Notes under the pieces: generated by a model | Seen by the model: only the letters and a program-made list of their open reading frames with translations | Databases searched by the model: none | What the model was told of the DNA's origin: nothing | Position numbers and translations under genes: made by a program | Shown: positions 28,133 through 38,379 of the stretch, piece after piece | Position numbering within the stretch: the stretch's first letter is position 1 | Layout: the number at the start of each line of letters is the position of its first letter | Assembly (NCBI GenBank): GCA_963833225.1 | Contig: CAWHXD010000019.1 | Coordinates: 160,001-224,000, forward strand | Source: an uncultured Chloroflexia bacterium | Lineage (GTDB): Bacteria > Chloroflexota > Limnocylindria > Limnocylindrales > CSP1-4 | DNA length: 64,000 bases | Direction: 5' to 3'

Positions 28133-28849
28133 ATGAGCACTCCGGAGCGGCTGGTGGTGCTGATCACCGGTGCCACCGGGCCCGCCGGGCGCGCGACGGC
28201 CCGCCGGTTCGCCGCCGATGGCCACCTCGTTGCGCTCAATGGGTCGGACGCGGACCGGCTGGCGACCACGATCCGCGAGCTGGACCTGCCACCGGACGCA
28301 TCGCTCGCGGTCGCCGGCGACCTCACGGACGCCGTCGCGGCGCGGGCGGTCGTAGGCGGGGTTGTCGATGCCTTCGGGCGCATCGATGTCGTGGCCCATC
28401 TGGTGGGCGGGTATGCGGGCGGGACCGCGGTGGCGGAGCTTGAGCACGACGAGGTGAGCCACATGCTCGACCAGCACCTGTGGACCACGCTCAACGTCCT
28501 CCAAGCGGTGGTGCCAGGCATGCGCGAGCGGGGCTTCGGGCGCGTGGTCGCGGTGTCGTCGTCGCTCGCGGCCAACCCGGGACGCCGCGGCGCGAGCTAC
28601 GCGATGGCCAAGGGCGCCCAGGAGATCCTGATCCGGTCCCTTGCGAAGGAGGCGGCACCAGACGGCGTCACGGCGAATCTGCTCGTGGTCCGGACGCTGG
28701 ACGACGAGCGGTCCCGCACCGCCCAGCCCAACGCGAAGACGGCTGGCTGGACGACGCCCGAGGAGGTGGCCGAGGCCATCGCCTGGCTCGCCTCGCCGGC
28801 GGCCGCGGCGGTCAACGGCACGCGCATCCCGCTCGACGGCCGCGGCTGA
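28133..28849 (+). CDS. SDR family oxidoreductase
   Basis: ITGATGPAG, catalytic YAMAK; RBS GGGAGG before ATG at 28133. Confidence 0.85.
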   Translation: MSTPERLVVLITGATGPAGRATARRFAADGHLVALNGSDADRLATTIRELDLPPDASLAVAGDLTDAVAARAVVGGVVDAFGRIDVVAHLVGGYAGGTAVAELEHDEVSHMLDQHLWTTLNVLQAVVPGMRERGFGRVVAVSSSLAANPGRRGASYAMAKGAQEILIRSLAKEAAPDGVTANLLVVRTLDDERSRTAQPNAKTAGWTTPEEVAEAIAWLASPAAAAVNGTRIPLDGRG

Positions 28850-28900
28850 CGCTGGCGGCGCGCGGTTGCCGGGCTCGCCGCGTCTGCGCAGGGGCCGCGC

Positions 28901-30151
28901 TCACCCCAAGCGGATGCGGCCGAACAACGCCCTCGCGGAGCGTGGACGGCGCACGCGAGCGGCCAGCCGCTCCGCGAGCCACGCGTATTCCTCGGGACGG
29001 TTGTAGCGCTGGGCGCTGACCCGCACCAGGGCCTGGGAGGGCCCGCCGCCGGCCTCCATCGCCGCGCGAACCGGGAAGGCGAAGACCGGCACCTCGATCC
29101 GGTCCTCGTCGAGGAGGACAGTCTGCAGGCGCTCGACGGCGGCCTCGTTTGGGGCCACGGTCGGCAGGGGAATGGACGCCATCGACCCCAGCATCTCGTC
29201 CGGCGCCGGCGGCGGGACGTCGAGCGCGACGCACAGGCGATCGCGCGCCTCCCGGGCGAGGGCCACGTTCGCCGCCATCAGGCCGGACCAGCCGTTCTCG
29301 TGGAGCCCGCCCACGAACCGGATCGCCGCGGGAAGCGCGAGGTACGGCGTGGGATCCGCGGTCCCGGTCCAGTCGAACTCCGCGCGGAATCGTGCCCGAT
29401 CGGGGCGCCGGTCGTTGGCGCCGTGCGAGACCACCAGGGGGTGGATTCGCGCCCGGCGGTCGCCGCGGACGTGGAGCATGCCCGAGCCCTTGGGGGCGCA
29501 CAGCCACTTGTGGCCATTCCCGGTCCAGTACGCGGCCCCCAGGCTGTCGAGGTCGATCGGCAGCATCCCGGGGGCATGAGCGCCGTCCACGAGGGTGTCG
29601 ACGCCGCGGCGGTCCAGCTCACGGACGATGGCGGCCACCGGCAGGATGAGGGCGGTCGGCGAGGTGACATGGCTCACGAGCGCGAGGCGGGTTCGCGGGG
29701 TCACGGCGTCGAGGTAGGCCTCCACGACCTGCGACGGATCGTGGACCGGGAACGGCACCCGGACGAGGGTCAGGCTCGCCCCGTCGCGGCGCGCGGCCGC
29801 CGCCAGGGCGTTGAGCGTGGCGTTGTACTCGTGGTCGCTGGCGAGCAGCTCATCGCCTTCCCGGAACCGCAGCGAGGCGAGCACGGTGGACACGCCCGTG
29901 GTGGCGTTGGGGACGAACGCGATTCCGTCCGGATCCGCGCCAAGGAACGCGGCGACATCATGGCGGGCCGCGTCGAGGTTCGCCTCCAGCTCCTGGGCGA
30001 GGAACCGGACGGGTTCCCGCTCCATCCGGTCGCGCCAGGCCCGCTGCGCCTCGAGGACCGGGGTCGGACAGGCGCCGAACGACCCATGGTTGAGGAACGA
30101 GAGATCAGGCTCGAGGAGCCACGGCGAGCGATCGAAGGTGCGTCCGGCCAC
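28901..30151 (-). CDS. Class V PLP enzyme (isopenicillin-N-epimerase/Egt2-like)
   Basis: FLNHGSFGACP, VDGAHAPG, NGHKWLCAPKG, WTGTAD. Confidence 0.85.
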   Translation of the reverse strand: MAGRTFDRSPWLLEPDLSFLNHGSFGACPTPVLEAQRAWRDRMEREPVRFLAQELEANLDAARHDVAAFLGADPDGIAFVPNATTGVSTVLASLRFREGDELLASDHEYNATLNALAAAARRDGASLTLVRVPFPVHDPSQVVEAYLDAVTPRTRLALVSHVTSPTALILPVAAIVRELDRRGVDTLVDGAHAPGMLPIDLDSLGAAYWTGNGHKWLCAPKGSGMLHVRGDRRARIHPLVVSHGANDRRPDRARFRAEFDWTGTADPTPYLALPAAIRFVGGLHENGWSGLMAANVALAREARDRLCVALDVPPPAPDEMLGSMASIPLPTVAPNEAAVERLQTVLLDEDRIEVPVFAFPVRAAMEAGGGPSQALVRVSAQRYNRPEEYAWLAERLAARVRRPRSARALFGRIRLG

Positions 30152-30161
30152 GGACGCGATG

Positions 30162-30926
30162 CTAGCCGACGCCGGCGGCCAGCGGCTCGCCATCTGCGGC
30201 TGATGCCGTGGGTTCCGCGGCGCCGGGCGGGATCACGTGCGCCCGGCCGGCGCCGTGCACGGTCCACCCTCCGCCCGGTGGGCCGATGACGAGCGTGCGC
30301 TCCTCGAGACCGAGCCACGTCAGGCGCTGCTCCGGGTCCACGACCGCACGCCAGCCGGCCACGCGCCCGAGTTCGAAGTGGGGGAGCACGACGATGCCCG
30401 GTACCAGGCCGAGGCCCACCGCCGGCCCGTCGCGCGTCCAGAGCCGCTCCGCGAGGGCCATCGCGCCCGCGCTCGCGCCCGCCACGCACGCGCCGCGCCC
30501 GGATGCGCGCAGGAGGGCGTCCCAGGCGAGCGTGTCTTTGAGCACCGAGGGCACCAGGTCGGGGTCGCCGCCGGGGAGGTGCACCAGGTCCGCCTGCTCC
30601 ACCAGGGCCGCGTTGCCGGGATCGTCGGCCGCGTTCCTGTCGAGGACGGGGGCGACGTCGACGCGCACGCGGATCCCCAGCCAGGTCGCCGCTGCCTCGA
30701 AGGCTGAGCGTCCGTGGGCCACCGCCAGGTCCGGTCGGTGCCGGGCGACGGCGGTGGGGACGAGGACCACGCGCACGGGTTCCTCGTGCGTCCCGGCCCC
30801 GAGCCGGGCGGCGCGGGCTGTGGCTCCGGCCGCAACGAGCGCGTCCATCGCCGCCTCATCGCCGGCGACGTACTCGCCGCCGCCGTGGAGGGCGACGGGT
30901 CCGTGCAGGGCGACGGCTCCGGTCAG
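30162..30926 (-). CDS. Peptidase S51/cyanophycinase-like protein
   Basis: ALHGGGEY, VPTA, LPGGDP, nucleophile elbow GASAGA, LPHF; the frame extends upstream of the listed ORF to a CTG overlapping the previous stop. Confidence 0.8.
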   Translation of the reverse strand: MTGAVALHGPVALHGGGEYVAGDEAAMDALVAAGATARAARLGAGTHEEPVRVVLVPTAVARHRPDLAVAHGRSAFEAAATWLGIRVRVDVAPVLDRNAADDPGNAALVEQADLVHLPGGDPDLVPSVLKDTLAWDALLRASGRGACVAGASAGAMALAERLWTRDGPAVGLGLVPGIVVLPHFELGRVAGWRAVVDPEQRLTWLGLEERTLVIGPPGGGWTVHGAGRAHVIPPGAAEPTASAADGEPLAAGVG

Positions 30927-31270
30927 GGCGCGTCCCCCTCGTCATCCGCGTCATCGGGTGGCTCTGGGAGGCCCGGTGGCGGGCTCGGCGTCACGTCGAT
31001 GATCACCCGTTCAGGGGGCCGGCGCCCGCCGAGGACCCGGGCCAGCCGCTCCGGGCCGGCCACGAACGGCGCGATCATCGCCAGCACCAGGATCGGCAGC
31101 AGGAAGCGGAACGGCCCGGGGAACCGGACGATGACGAAGATGCCGATCGCGTAGACCAGCCAGGCGGTGAACAGGGATCGGCTCGGCCACCCCGCCACTC
31201 GCAACCGCCAGACAGGCAGCAGCGCAAGCAGGGTCGCGACGAGGAGCAGGATCAGGATGCCGGGCCACAT
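30923..31270 (-). CDS. Small membrane protein, hypothetical
   Basis: Three hydrophobic segments and an acidic Pro-rich tail; ATG at 31270. Confidence 0.6.
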   Translation of the reverse strand: MWPGILILLLVATLLALLPVWRLRVAGWPSRSLFTAWLVYAIGIFVIVRFPGPFRFLLPILVLAMIAPFVAGPERLARVLGGRRPPERVIIDVTPSPPPGLPEPPDDADDEGDAP

Positions 31271-31619
31271 GGGGTCCGAGCATACGCCGGGCCTCCCCGC
31301 GCCGGCACGTCCGCTCGGGCCGCAGTTCGAGGTCCCGGGCGCCGGGCGCCCGAACGGTCCCGTCGCGGGCTCAGTCGGGCTCGGGGTGCCCCGCACGGCC
31401 CGCGCATGGTGGCCCTGGGTGTCATTCGAGGCTTCCCGCGCCCGGCCCGTCGCACGGTGCGCTCGTTCAGGCGCCGGGGGCCCGGCCCGCGCCCGGCCCC
31501 CGCCCGGCCCGCCCCCGCGGGTCCCGCTCCGACTCGCCGTCCCGAGCCTTGGCGCACGCCACCGGCCGCCCCTCGCGGACCGGCTACGATGGGCCGTCCG
31601 CAACCAGACAGGACGTCCG

Positions 31620-32891
31620 ATGCCGTCACGTTTCCGCCCCTGGCTGGACCGCTGGGGAGCGGTCCTGCCCCTCCTTGTCGCCGAGTCCACGATCTGGCTC
31701 GGCTTTGGCGCGCTGCTGCCGATCCTGCCGATCTACTTCACCCATCACGGCGTGGACCTGCCGACCCTGGGGGTGGTGGTGGCCGCGTGGCCGGCCGCGC
31801 GCCTGGTCGGGGAGCCGTTCTTCGGCTGGCTGGCGGACCGCGCGCCACGGCGCCCGTTGATGATCACCGGGCTGATCCTGTCCTCGGTGTTCACGGTCCT
31901 GCCGCTGTTCATCACGGGGCCGGTGGCGTTCATCGTGCTGCGCGCGCTCCAGGGGCTGGCGGCCTCGATGTACGACCCTGCGGCGCGCGCCTACCTCGTG
32001 GATGCCAACCCGGCCGAGCGCCAGGGCGAGGCATTCGGGATGTACGGCGCGGCACAGACCGGCGGGTTCATGCTCGGACCGGCCGTGGGCGGCGTTGCGG
32101 CCTGGATCACCGGCGCCCCGGAGGTGGTGTTCTGGGTGGCCGGCGCGTCGCTCATCGTCTCCGCGGCGCTGGTCTGGTTGCGCGTCCCGGAGCTTCCGCA
32201 CGTGCATGAGGACACGGTCCTCGCCGCGGCCGCCGACGATGCGGCGGTGACCACCGGCTGGACTCGACCGACGCGGATCCTCAACGTGCTGCTGGTCGCC
32301 GCCATCTTCTTCAACGTCGGGTCCTACTTCGCGGGCGGCAGCTACGAGGTCGTGTGGAGCCTGTACCTGACCTCGCTCGGAGCGGACATCGGTCTGATCG
32401 GTCTCACCTTCTTCTCCTTCGGCCTGCCACCGCTGCTGCTGTCACCGTTCATGGGCCGGTTCATCGACCGCGAGGGCGGGTTCGTGGCGCTGGTGGTGGG
32501 GATATCGGTCATCTCCCTGTGCGGCTTCGTGTACCCGATCGTGCCCGCGGTGTGGTGGATGGTGGTGATCGGGCTGGTCGAGGGAACGGCGTTCGCCATG
32601 GCATCGCCGGCGATCTACCTGCTGGTGGCACGTTCGGCGCCCATCGGCCGCAGCTCCACGGCCCAGGGGCTCCTGGGTGGCGCCGGCACGGTGGGCACGA
32701 TCGTGGCGTCGGTGGCGGCCGGGAGGCTGGCCGGGATCGACCTCACGTACCCGTTCTACTCGGTGGGGATCGCGGGGTCCGTCGCCGTCATCGTGGGCCT
32801 GGTCCTGGGGCGGCGCCGGCTCTACGTCGCGATGCAGCCGAGGCGCCCGCACTCGCCGGCGGCCGGATCCGTCCCGGAGGCCGGTGCGTGA
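31620..32891 (+). CDS. MFS transporter
   Basis: GWLADRAPRR motif A and about 12 TM helices. Confidence 0.9.
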   Translation: MPSRFRPWLDRWGAVLPLLVAESTIWLGFGALLPILPIYFTHHGVDLPTLGVVVAAWPAARLVGEPFFGWLADRAPRRPLMITGLILSSVFTVLPLFITGPVAFIVLRALQGLAASMYDPAARAYLVDANPAERQGEAFGMYGAAQTGGFMLGPAVGGVAAWITGAPEVVFWVAGASLIVSAALVWLRVPELPHVHEDTVLAAAADDAAVTTGWTRPTRILNVLLVAAIFFNVGSYFAGGSYEVVWSLYLTSLGADIGLIGLTFFSFGLPPLLLSPFMGRFIDREGGFVALVVGISVISLCGFVYPIVPAVWWMVVIGLVEGTAFAMASPAIYLLVARSAPIGRSSTAQGLLGGAGTVGTIVASVAAGRLAGIDLTYPFYSVGIAGSVAVIVGLVLGRRRLYVAMQPRRPHSPAAGSVPEAGA

Positions 32892-33736
32892 CCCCGGGTG
32901 CCGGGCGCCCGTGGGTTCGGTCGGTCCTCGACGGCGCCCCACCGGCGCCCGTGGTCCTGGTGCTCGGCGGGTTCCTCACCTCGCCGCCGGTCTACCGGGC
33001 GCTTGATCGAGCCCTGCGTGACCGTGGGGCGGCCGACGTCGTCGTTGGCAACGTGTGGTCGATGGACTGGCTCCTGGCAGCGTCCCGCGGCCTCGGACCC
33101 ATCGTCACGCGCTCGGGGCGGGCACTCCTGGCGGCCGGGCGGAGGTCGGAGATGCTCGCGGGTGGGGCGCCGGTGCTGGTGATCGGGCACTCTGCGGGCG
33201 GGATGTCGGCGCGCCTCCTCACCAGCCGGGCTCCATTCCAAGGTCGACACCTCAACGCGAGCGGACGGATCGGCGCCATCGTGACGCTTGGCACGCCGCA
33301 CGCCGTCCCCATCGCCCCGGGGATCCGGAACCGGTCGGGGTTCGAGGCGGCAGTGTTCGCCAACCGTGAGGTTCCCGCCGCGACCTTCTCGCCGACCACC
33401 GGCTACCTGTCGGTCGCCTCCCGACGCGTCATGGGCCGGGACCGTGGAACGCCGCGTGAACGGCGGGCCTGGCTCGTCTACCGCGCGCTCACGCCGGAGG
33501 CCCCCACGCCGGTGATCGAGGGAGACGGCCTGGTCCCGGTGGCCGCCGCGCTGCTGCCGGGCGCCACGCACCTGGTGCTCGACGACGCGGCGCATGGCCA
33601 GGGCCTGGGCCGCGGCTGGTACGGCTCGGCCCGATTCCTGGACCGCTGGTGGCCGCTTGCGATGGAAACCTGGGAGGGGGCACTGCGGGCACGGGCAGCG
33701 GTGGTCACGGACCTGGACACCGGGTCCGGTCTTTGA
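32888..33736 (+). CDS. Alpha/beta-hydrolase (lipase/esterase-like)
   Basis: GHSAG, VTLGTPH, GDGLVP, AAHG. Confidence 0.8.
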   Translation: MTPGAGRPWVRSVLDGAPPAPVVLVLGGFLTSPPVYRALDRALRDRGAADVVVGNVWSMDWLLAASRGLGPIVTRSGRALLAAGRRSEMLAGGAPVLVIGHSAGGMSARLLTSRAPFQGRHLNASGRIGAIVTLGTPHAVPIAPGIRNRSGFEAAVFANREVPAATFSPTTGYLSVASRRVMGRDRGTPRERRAWLVYRALTPEAPTPVIEGDGLVPVAAALLPGATHLVLDDAAHGQGLGRGWYGSARFLDRWWPLAMETWEGALRARAAVVTDLDTGSGL

Positions 33737-33761
33737 CGGATTCGAGGATCCCCGGTAACGT
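33733..33761 (+). promoter_or_regulatory. tRNA promoter TTGACG-N17-TAACGT
   Basis: Directly upstream of tRNA-Met. Confidence 0.65.
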
Positions 33762-33768
33762 CGTCAGT

Positions 33769-33843
33769 CGCGGGGTGGAGCAGCGGCAGCTCGTCGGGCT
33801 CATAACCCGAAGGTCGGAGGTTCGAATTCTTCCCCCGCAACCA
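33769..33843 (+). tRNA. Initiator tRNA-fMet(CAU)
   Basis: C1:A72 mismatch, GGG/CCC anticodon stem, CAT anticodon, encoded CCA. Confidence 0.95.
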
Positions 33844-33857
33844 ACTCGCTTCACCTA

Positions 33858-33889
33858 GAAACCCCGGGACCCGACCACCCCGGGGTTTC
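33858..33889 (+). terminator. Intrinsic terminator after tRNA-Met
   Basis: GAAACCCCGGG...CCCGGGGTTTC 11-bp stem followed by T-rich sequence. Confidence 0.7.
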
Positions 33890-34150
33890 GTCTTGTCTGG
33901 CCCCGGCGCGAGGCCGGAGACCTGGCGGCGGAGCGATGAGACGGACTGCCGCGATCCAGACCGCCCATACGCTGCGAGCCGCGTGGGCGGACTTCGCAGA
34001 ACTGCTTGTGCTCGGCGCCGCCGACGACTCCGAGACCCTTGCCTCCGCAGGCGTCGTTGCCCGTGGCGTGGCCTCCTCGCCGATGACGACGAACAGCGTC
34101 GCTCGGTGGCCGTCGCGAGATGGTCTCATCCGATCCCCAAATGCCGGCAG

Positions 34151-35435
34151 CTAGCCCCGGGTCATCCGCTCGGCGATCGAGCACCACTCCCAGAGGCGTT
34201 GCGGCTCGCCGCGGCAGGTGCTGATGTCCTTGAGCGTGAACTCGACCGGGCAGCCGTTGGCCTTCGTCACCTTGAGCACCTCGGCGAGGTCCTTCTCTGC
34301 GATCCTCGGGACCCACTGGTCCATGGCGACCATGGCCGGGTTCGGCTTGCGGCTGTAGACGAAGTCGGGCCCGATGTTCTCGGCGGCCTTGTCCACCTTG
34401 GCCCACGCGCTGACGGAGACCTTGCGCACGTTGGGGATGGTGCGGATGCCGTCGATCCGGTTGTGGAGCGGGTCGCAGCAGCCGAACTGTGCGATGCCGA
34501 AGCGCGCGTAGTAGGGCTGGTAGTAGGGAGGGACGAACTCGTTGAACGTGGCGTCCGAGACCGACACCATCAGCTGGCTGCGGCCGCAGATCCAGACGTC
34601 CTTGGCACGGACCCGCTCCGGGTTGAAGCCCGGTGCCGGGATCGCCGTCGTCTGGGCGCCGGTGCAGTGGATGCGGTCCTGGTCGTAGCCGAGGAGCCCC
34701 TTGGCCTCGAGCTGATCGAGCTCGGCCACCCGGACCTCGGATAGCGCTTCGCGATGTTGTGCAGGTGCTCCGGGCGGTCCATGAAGTCGAGCAGGATCGG
34801 CTCGGTGCCCCGGAACTGCTCGATGTCGTCCCACAGGCAGTAGGCAAGCTGGTTGCCCTCAAAGCCGTGCCAGCCCTGCATCCGGACGTCGAGGATCGCA
34901 TCGAGGCACTCGTGCGCCCAGGCCTCGATCTCGGCGGTTGCCGCCTGGTCGAGGCTGAGCTCGGGCTCGTGGAACTTCGCGATGTCCTCGGGATTGGCGA
35001 GCTGGTCCTCGTAGGTGATGACTCTGGACGACGTTGCCGCCGCCCTGGTCAAGCGTGTCCTCGGCGATGTTCAGGCCCCAGCGGTGGTCCGGATGACCTT
35101 GGCGAAGTCCATATACGGGCGAACCACCATGTCCACCCGCAGGTGGTTCCAGCGGTAGAGTCCGGCGGAGGCGCGTCTCCAGGTCCCGGGTGAAGGGGTG
35201 GGTCTCGCCGCATCTGGAGCTCGTCGGCACCCGGGACGTTGCCCGTCAGCTCGTGCCACGGGATCTCGTCGATCATCGCCATGGGCCGCTCGGGGTGGAG
35301 GTCGTTGAGCGCCTGCCACTCGCGGATCCGCTCCGCCTGCACGGGCAGCGCGGCGAGCGCGGCGACCTTGGCGGCGAGCTCGCGGACGACGGCGACGTCC
35401 GCAGCCGGGAGGCCGGTGCTGGTCTGGGTGGTCAT
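34151..35435 (-). CDS. UroD/MtaA-superfamily-like protein, putative corrinoid methyltransferase (multiple frameshifts)
   Basis: Fragments VVRELAAKVAALAALPVQAER...IDEIPWHE / FRGTEPILLDFMDRPE / VSDATFNEFVPPY...FGCCDPLH...IPNVRKVSVSAW across frames. Confidence 0.55.
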
Positions 35436-35453
35436 CGGTCCGATCCCCGTTTC

Positions 35454-36070
35454 CTAGGAGGCCAGCAGGCCGCGGGCGAGGTCAACCGCGGACCCGGCGT
35501 CGGGGGCGTAGCCGTCGGCCCGATCTGGGCGGCGAACTCGGGGGTCACCGGGGCCCCGCCCATGACGACCCGGGGCGCAGCCGGCGGCCCGGACGGCCTC
35601 GACCACCGCGCGCATGTTGGGCATCGTCGTGGTCAGCAGGGCACACGCCGATGAGGTGGGCATCGTGCTCCCGCGCCGCCTCGACGAACTCCGCGGCGGG
35701 ACGTTGACCCCGAGGTCGAAGACCTCGATCCCGCCACCCTTCCACATCATCCCCACCAGGTTCTTGCCGATGTCGTGGAGGTCCCCTCCACCGTGCCGAC
35801 GACGGCGCGGAACTCGGGCTTGACCCCGGCCGCGAGCAGGACGGGCTCCAGGATCCGGTGCCGGCCTTCATCGCCCGGGCGGCGATCAGCATCTCGGGCA
35901 CGAACAGCTCGCCCTCCTGGAACTTGCGGCCCACCACGTCCATCGCCGCGGTCATCGCGTCGAGCACGGTGCGCGGGTCGAGGCCGTCGTCCAGCGCCGC
36001 CTGGGTTGCTCGGCGAGGCGACGCGGTTGCCCGCCTCGACGGCGGCGGTGAGGGCGGCGAGGTCGGCCAT
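35454..36070 (-). CDS. Cobalamin-binding corrinoid protein, MtaC/MttC-like (multiple frameshifts)
   Basis: VGRKFQEGELFVPEMLIAARAMK, GTVEG-DLHDIGKNLV, DLGVNV, ALLTTTM, ADGYAPDAGSAV. Confidence 0.85.
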
Positions 36071-36186
36071 GGGTGCGTCTCCTGCGTGCGGCACGCCGTC
36101 GGATCGGCGCACCGGGCCGGACAGATGCTACGCCGGGTCACGCCTCGGTGGCCCGCGGCCGCGGGACGAGCGGCGTGAGCCCGGAC

Positions 36187-36978
36187 CTACTCGCTGAATG
36201 CGGCCCGGAAGGCCTCCAGGGCCACCACCGGGTCGCCCGACGCGGTGGCCTCGAGCCCCACGACACCGGTGTAGCCCTGCGCCTTGAGGGCACGGCGACG
36301 GCCGGCCAGTTGACCTCGCCGGTTCCGGGCTCCATGCGTCCCGGAACATCGGCCACCTGGATCTCGCCGATGTAGTGCCCGACTTGGCGCACAGGTCGAT
36401 TAGATTGCCCTCGCCGATCTGGGCGTGGTACAGGTCGAGCATCATCCGAACGCCGGGGCGGTCGAGCGTGCTCACCAGCGTGAGCGTGTCCTCGGCCTTG
36501 CCGAACGGGGTGCCCAGGTGGTCGACGTAGAGGTTGAGGTTCTCGAGGCAGAACACGACGTCGTTGGCCTCGCCGAGGTCGGCGAGCTCGTTGAGGGTCC
36601 GGTAGGCGTTGAGCCACATCTGCCCGGTGGTCACGTCCTGGGGCCGGAAGGGGAGGCCGTTGCGCGAGCCGTCGAGCTCGGCGCCGTGGACGACCAGCCG
36701 CGGGCAGCCCAACTTCTTGGCCGCCTCGACCGAGAGCCTCGCCGTCCGGACCATCTCCCCGCCGCCCTCGGCGTCGTATAGGTCACCGTGGACATAGCCC
36801 GTCATCGTCGACCATGTGGCGCCGATCGCGGCCACCGCGTCGAGGTCCTTGGTGGTCCAGTCCCACATCTCCACCTGGAATCCAAGGTCATGGATCCGTC
36901 GCACGCGATCGAGGTACGGCAGGTCCGGAACAACATCTCGGTGGTGACTGCCAGCGGGAACATGGGGGTGCCGGCCAT
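36187..36978 (-). CDS. Hydroxypyruvate-isomerase-like TIM-barrel sugar isomerase (frameshifted)
   Basis: LENLN...DH, MLDLYHAQIGEGNL, IQVADVPGRMEPGTGEVNW. Confidence 0.8.
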
Positions 36979-37123
36979 GTCGCGTGTCCTCTCCTCTGCT
37001 GCACCGGGCCGGCTCGCCCCGGCCTCGGTGGGCTCCGGTCAGGGGGGCGACTGGGCGACCTGTTCACGGTGACGTCTACATTGTGTTCAGGATCGACGAG
37101 CGGGTAAGGTTGCGGGAACATCA

Positions 37124-37173
37124 CTAGAGCGCTCTAGACACGCACGTTAGAGTATGGCCGATGCCGATGTCAA
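37124..37173 (-). promoter_or_regulatory. Promoter TTGACA-N18-TAACGT with LacI operator CTAGAGCGCTCTAG at the start site
   Basis: -35 at 37173-37168, -10 at 37149-37144, operator at 37124-37137. Confidence 0.8.
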
Positions 37174-37275
37174 GCCATGTTCGGCAAGGGAGGGCTGTTT
37201 CGTCGCATTGACCCGTCAGGACTAGTCCGCGTCACACATCCATCCGCGTCCACCATCACCGCTGGAGACAACCAC

Positions 37276-38274
37276 ATGCTTCGCGTAGCCCTGCTGGGTG
37301 CCGGCCGGATCGGCCAGGTCCACGCCCGTTCCATCGTCGAGAGCGGCGCGGCCGAGCTCGCCTGGGTCTGCGATCCCATCGCGACGGCGGCCACGACCCT
37401 TGCCGGGCGGTACGGAGCCAAGGCCAGCCCGGAGCCCGGTGACGCCATCGCCGATCCGTCGGTGGATGCCGTCCTGATCGCGTCCGCCACCGCGACCCAC
37501 ACCGATCTCCTGCGCGAGGCCGTGCTCGCGGGCAAGAAGGTGCTGTGCGAGAAGCCGATCGATCTCGACCTGGCCCGTATCGACGCCACCTGGGCCGCCA
37601 TCGCCGACAAGGCCCCATTCGTGATGCTGGGCTTCAACCGGCGGTTCGACCCGACCTTCGCGGAGATCAGGGCGCGCGTGACCGCCGGGGACATCGGCCC
37701 GCTGCGCGCGCTGCGCGTCACGTCCCGCGACCCGCAGCCCCCGCCCGCTGCCTATCTCGGGGTGTCGGGCGGCATGTTCCGCGACATGACCATCCACGAC
37801 TTCGACATGACCCGCTTCTTCCTGGGCGAGGTGGTCGAGGTGTCCGCGGTGGCGTCCCACAACAACGACCCGGTGTTCGTCGAGGCCGGTGACCACGCGC
37901 AGGCGATCCTCACCCTGCGCAGCCGCGACAACGTCCTCGCCACCATCGTCAACAGCCGCACCTGCGCCTACGGGTATGACCAGCGCCTGGAGGCGTTCGG
38001 CGATGCGGGCTCGCTCGAGGCCGGCAACATGACCGCGACCACCGTCCGGGCGTCGTCCGCCACCCAGACCGGGGCAGCTGGTCCGGTGCTCAACTTCTTC
38101 CTCGAGCGCTACATGCCCGCGTACAAGGCCGAGTTCGCCGAGTTCGTGGCGGCGATCCGGGAGGACCGCGAGCCGGCGGTGGGATTTGCCGACGGCCGGG
38201 CAGCGCTGGTGCTCGCCGAGGCCGCCATCGAGAGCGTCGCCACCGGCAAGGTCGTGGCCGTGACCGGCGGCTGA
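37276..38274 (+). CDS. iolG: Inositol 2-dehydrogenase (Gfo/Idh/MocA family)
   Basis: GAGRIG, CEKP, GFNRRFDP, TSRDP, SGGMFRDMTIHDFD, YGYDQRLE, FFLERY. Confidence 0.85.
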   Translation: MLRVALLGAGRIGQVHARSIVESGAAELAWVCDPIATAATTLAGRYGAKASPEPGDAIADPSVDAVLIASATATHTDLLREAVLAGKKVLCEKPIDLDLARIDATWAAIADKAPFVMLGFNRRFDPTFAEIRARVTAGDIGPLRALRVTSRDPQPPPAAYLGVSGGMFRDMTIHDFDMTRFFLGEVVEVSAVASHNNDPVFVEAGDHAQAILTLRSRDNVLATIVNSRTCAYGYDQRLEAFGDAGSLEAGNMTATTVRASSATQTGAAGPVLNFFLERYMPAYKAEFAEFVAAIREDREPAVGFADGRAALVLAEAAIESVATGKVVAVTGG

Positions 38275-38379
38275 CGCGTGGCGTCCGTTGCGGGGACCGG
38301 ACAGCTCTCCGGTCTCCGCCTCCCGCCCAGGGTCGCGTCCCGCGGCCGTCCCGCCCAGACCACGGAGGATCCTGTCGCC

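Noticed and set aside
31290-31600. GC-rich intergenic region with GCCCGGCCC repeats
   Set aside because: Low-complexity sequence with no consistent period or recognisable RNA motif.
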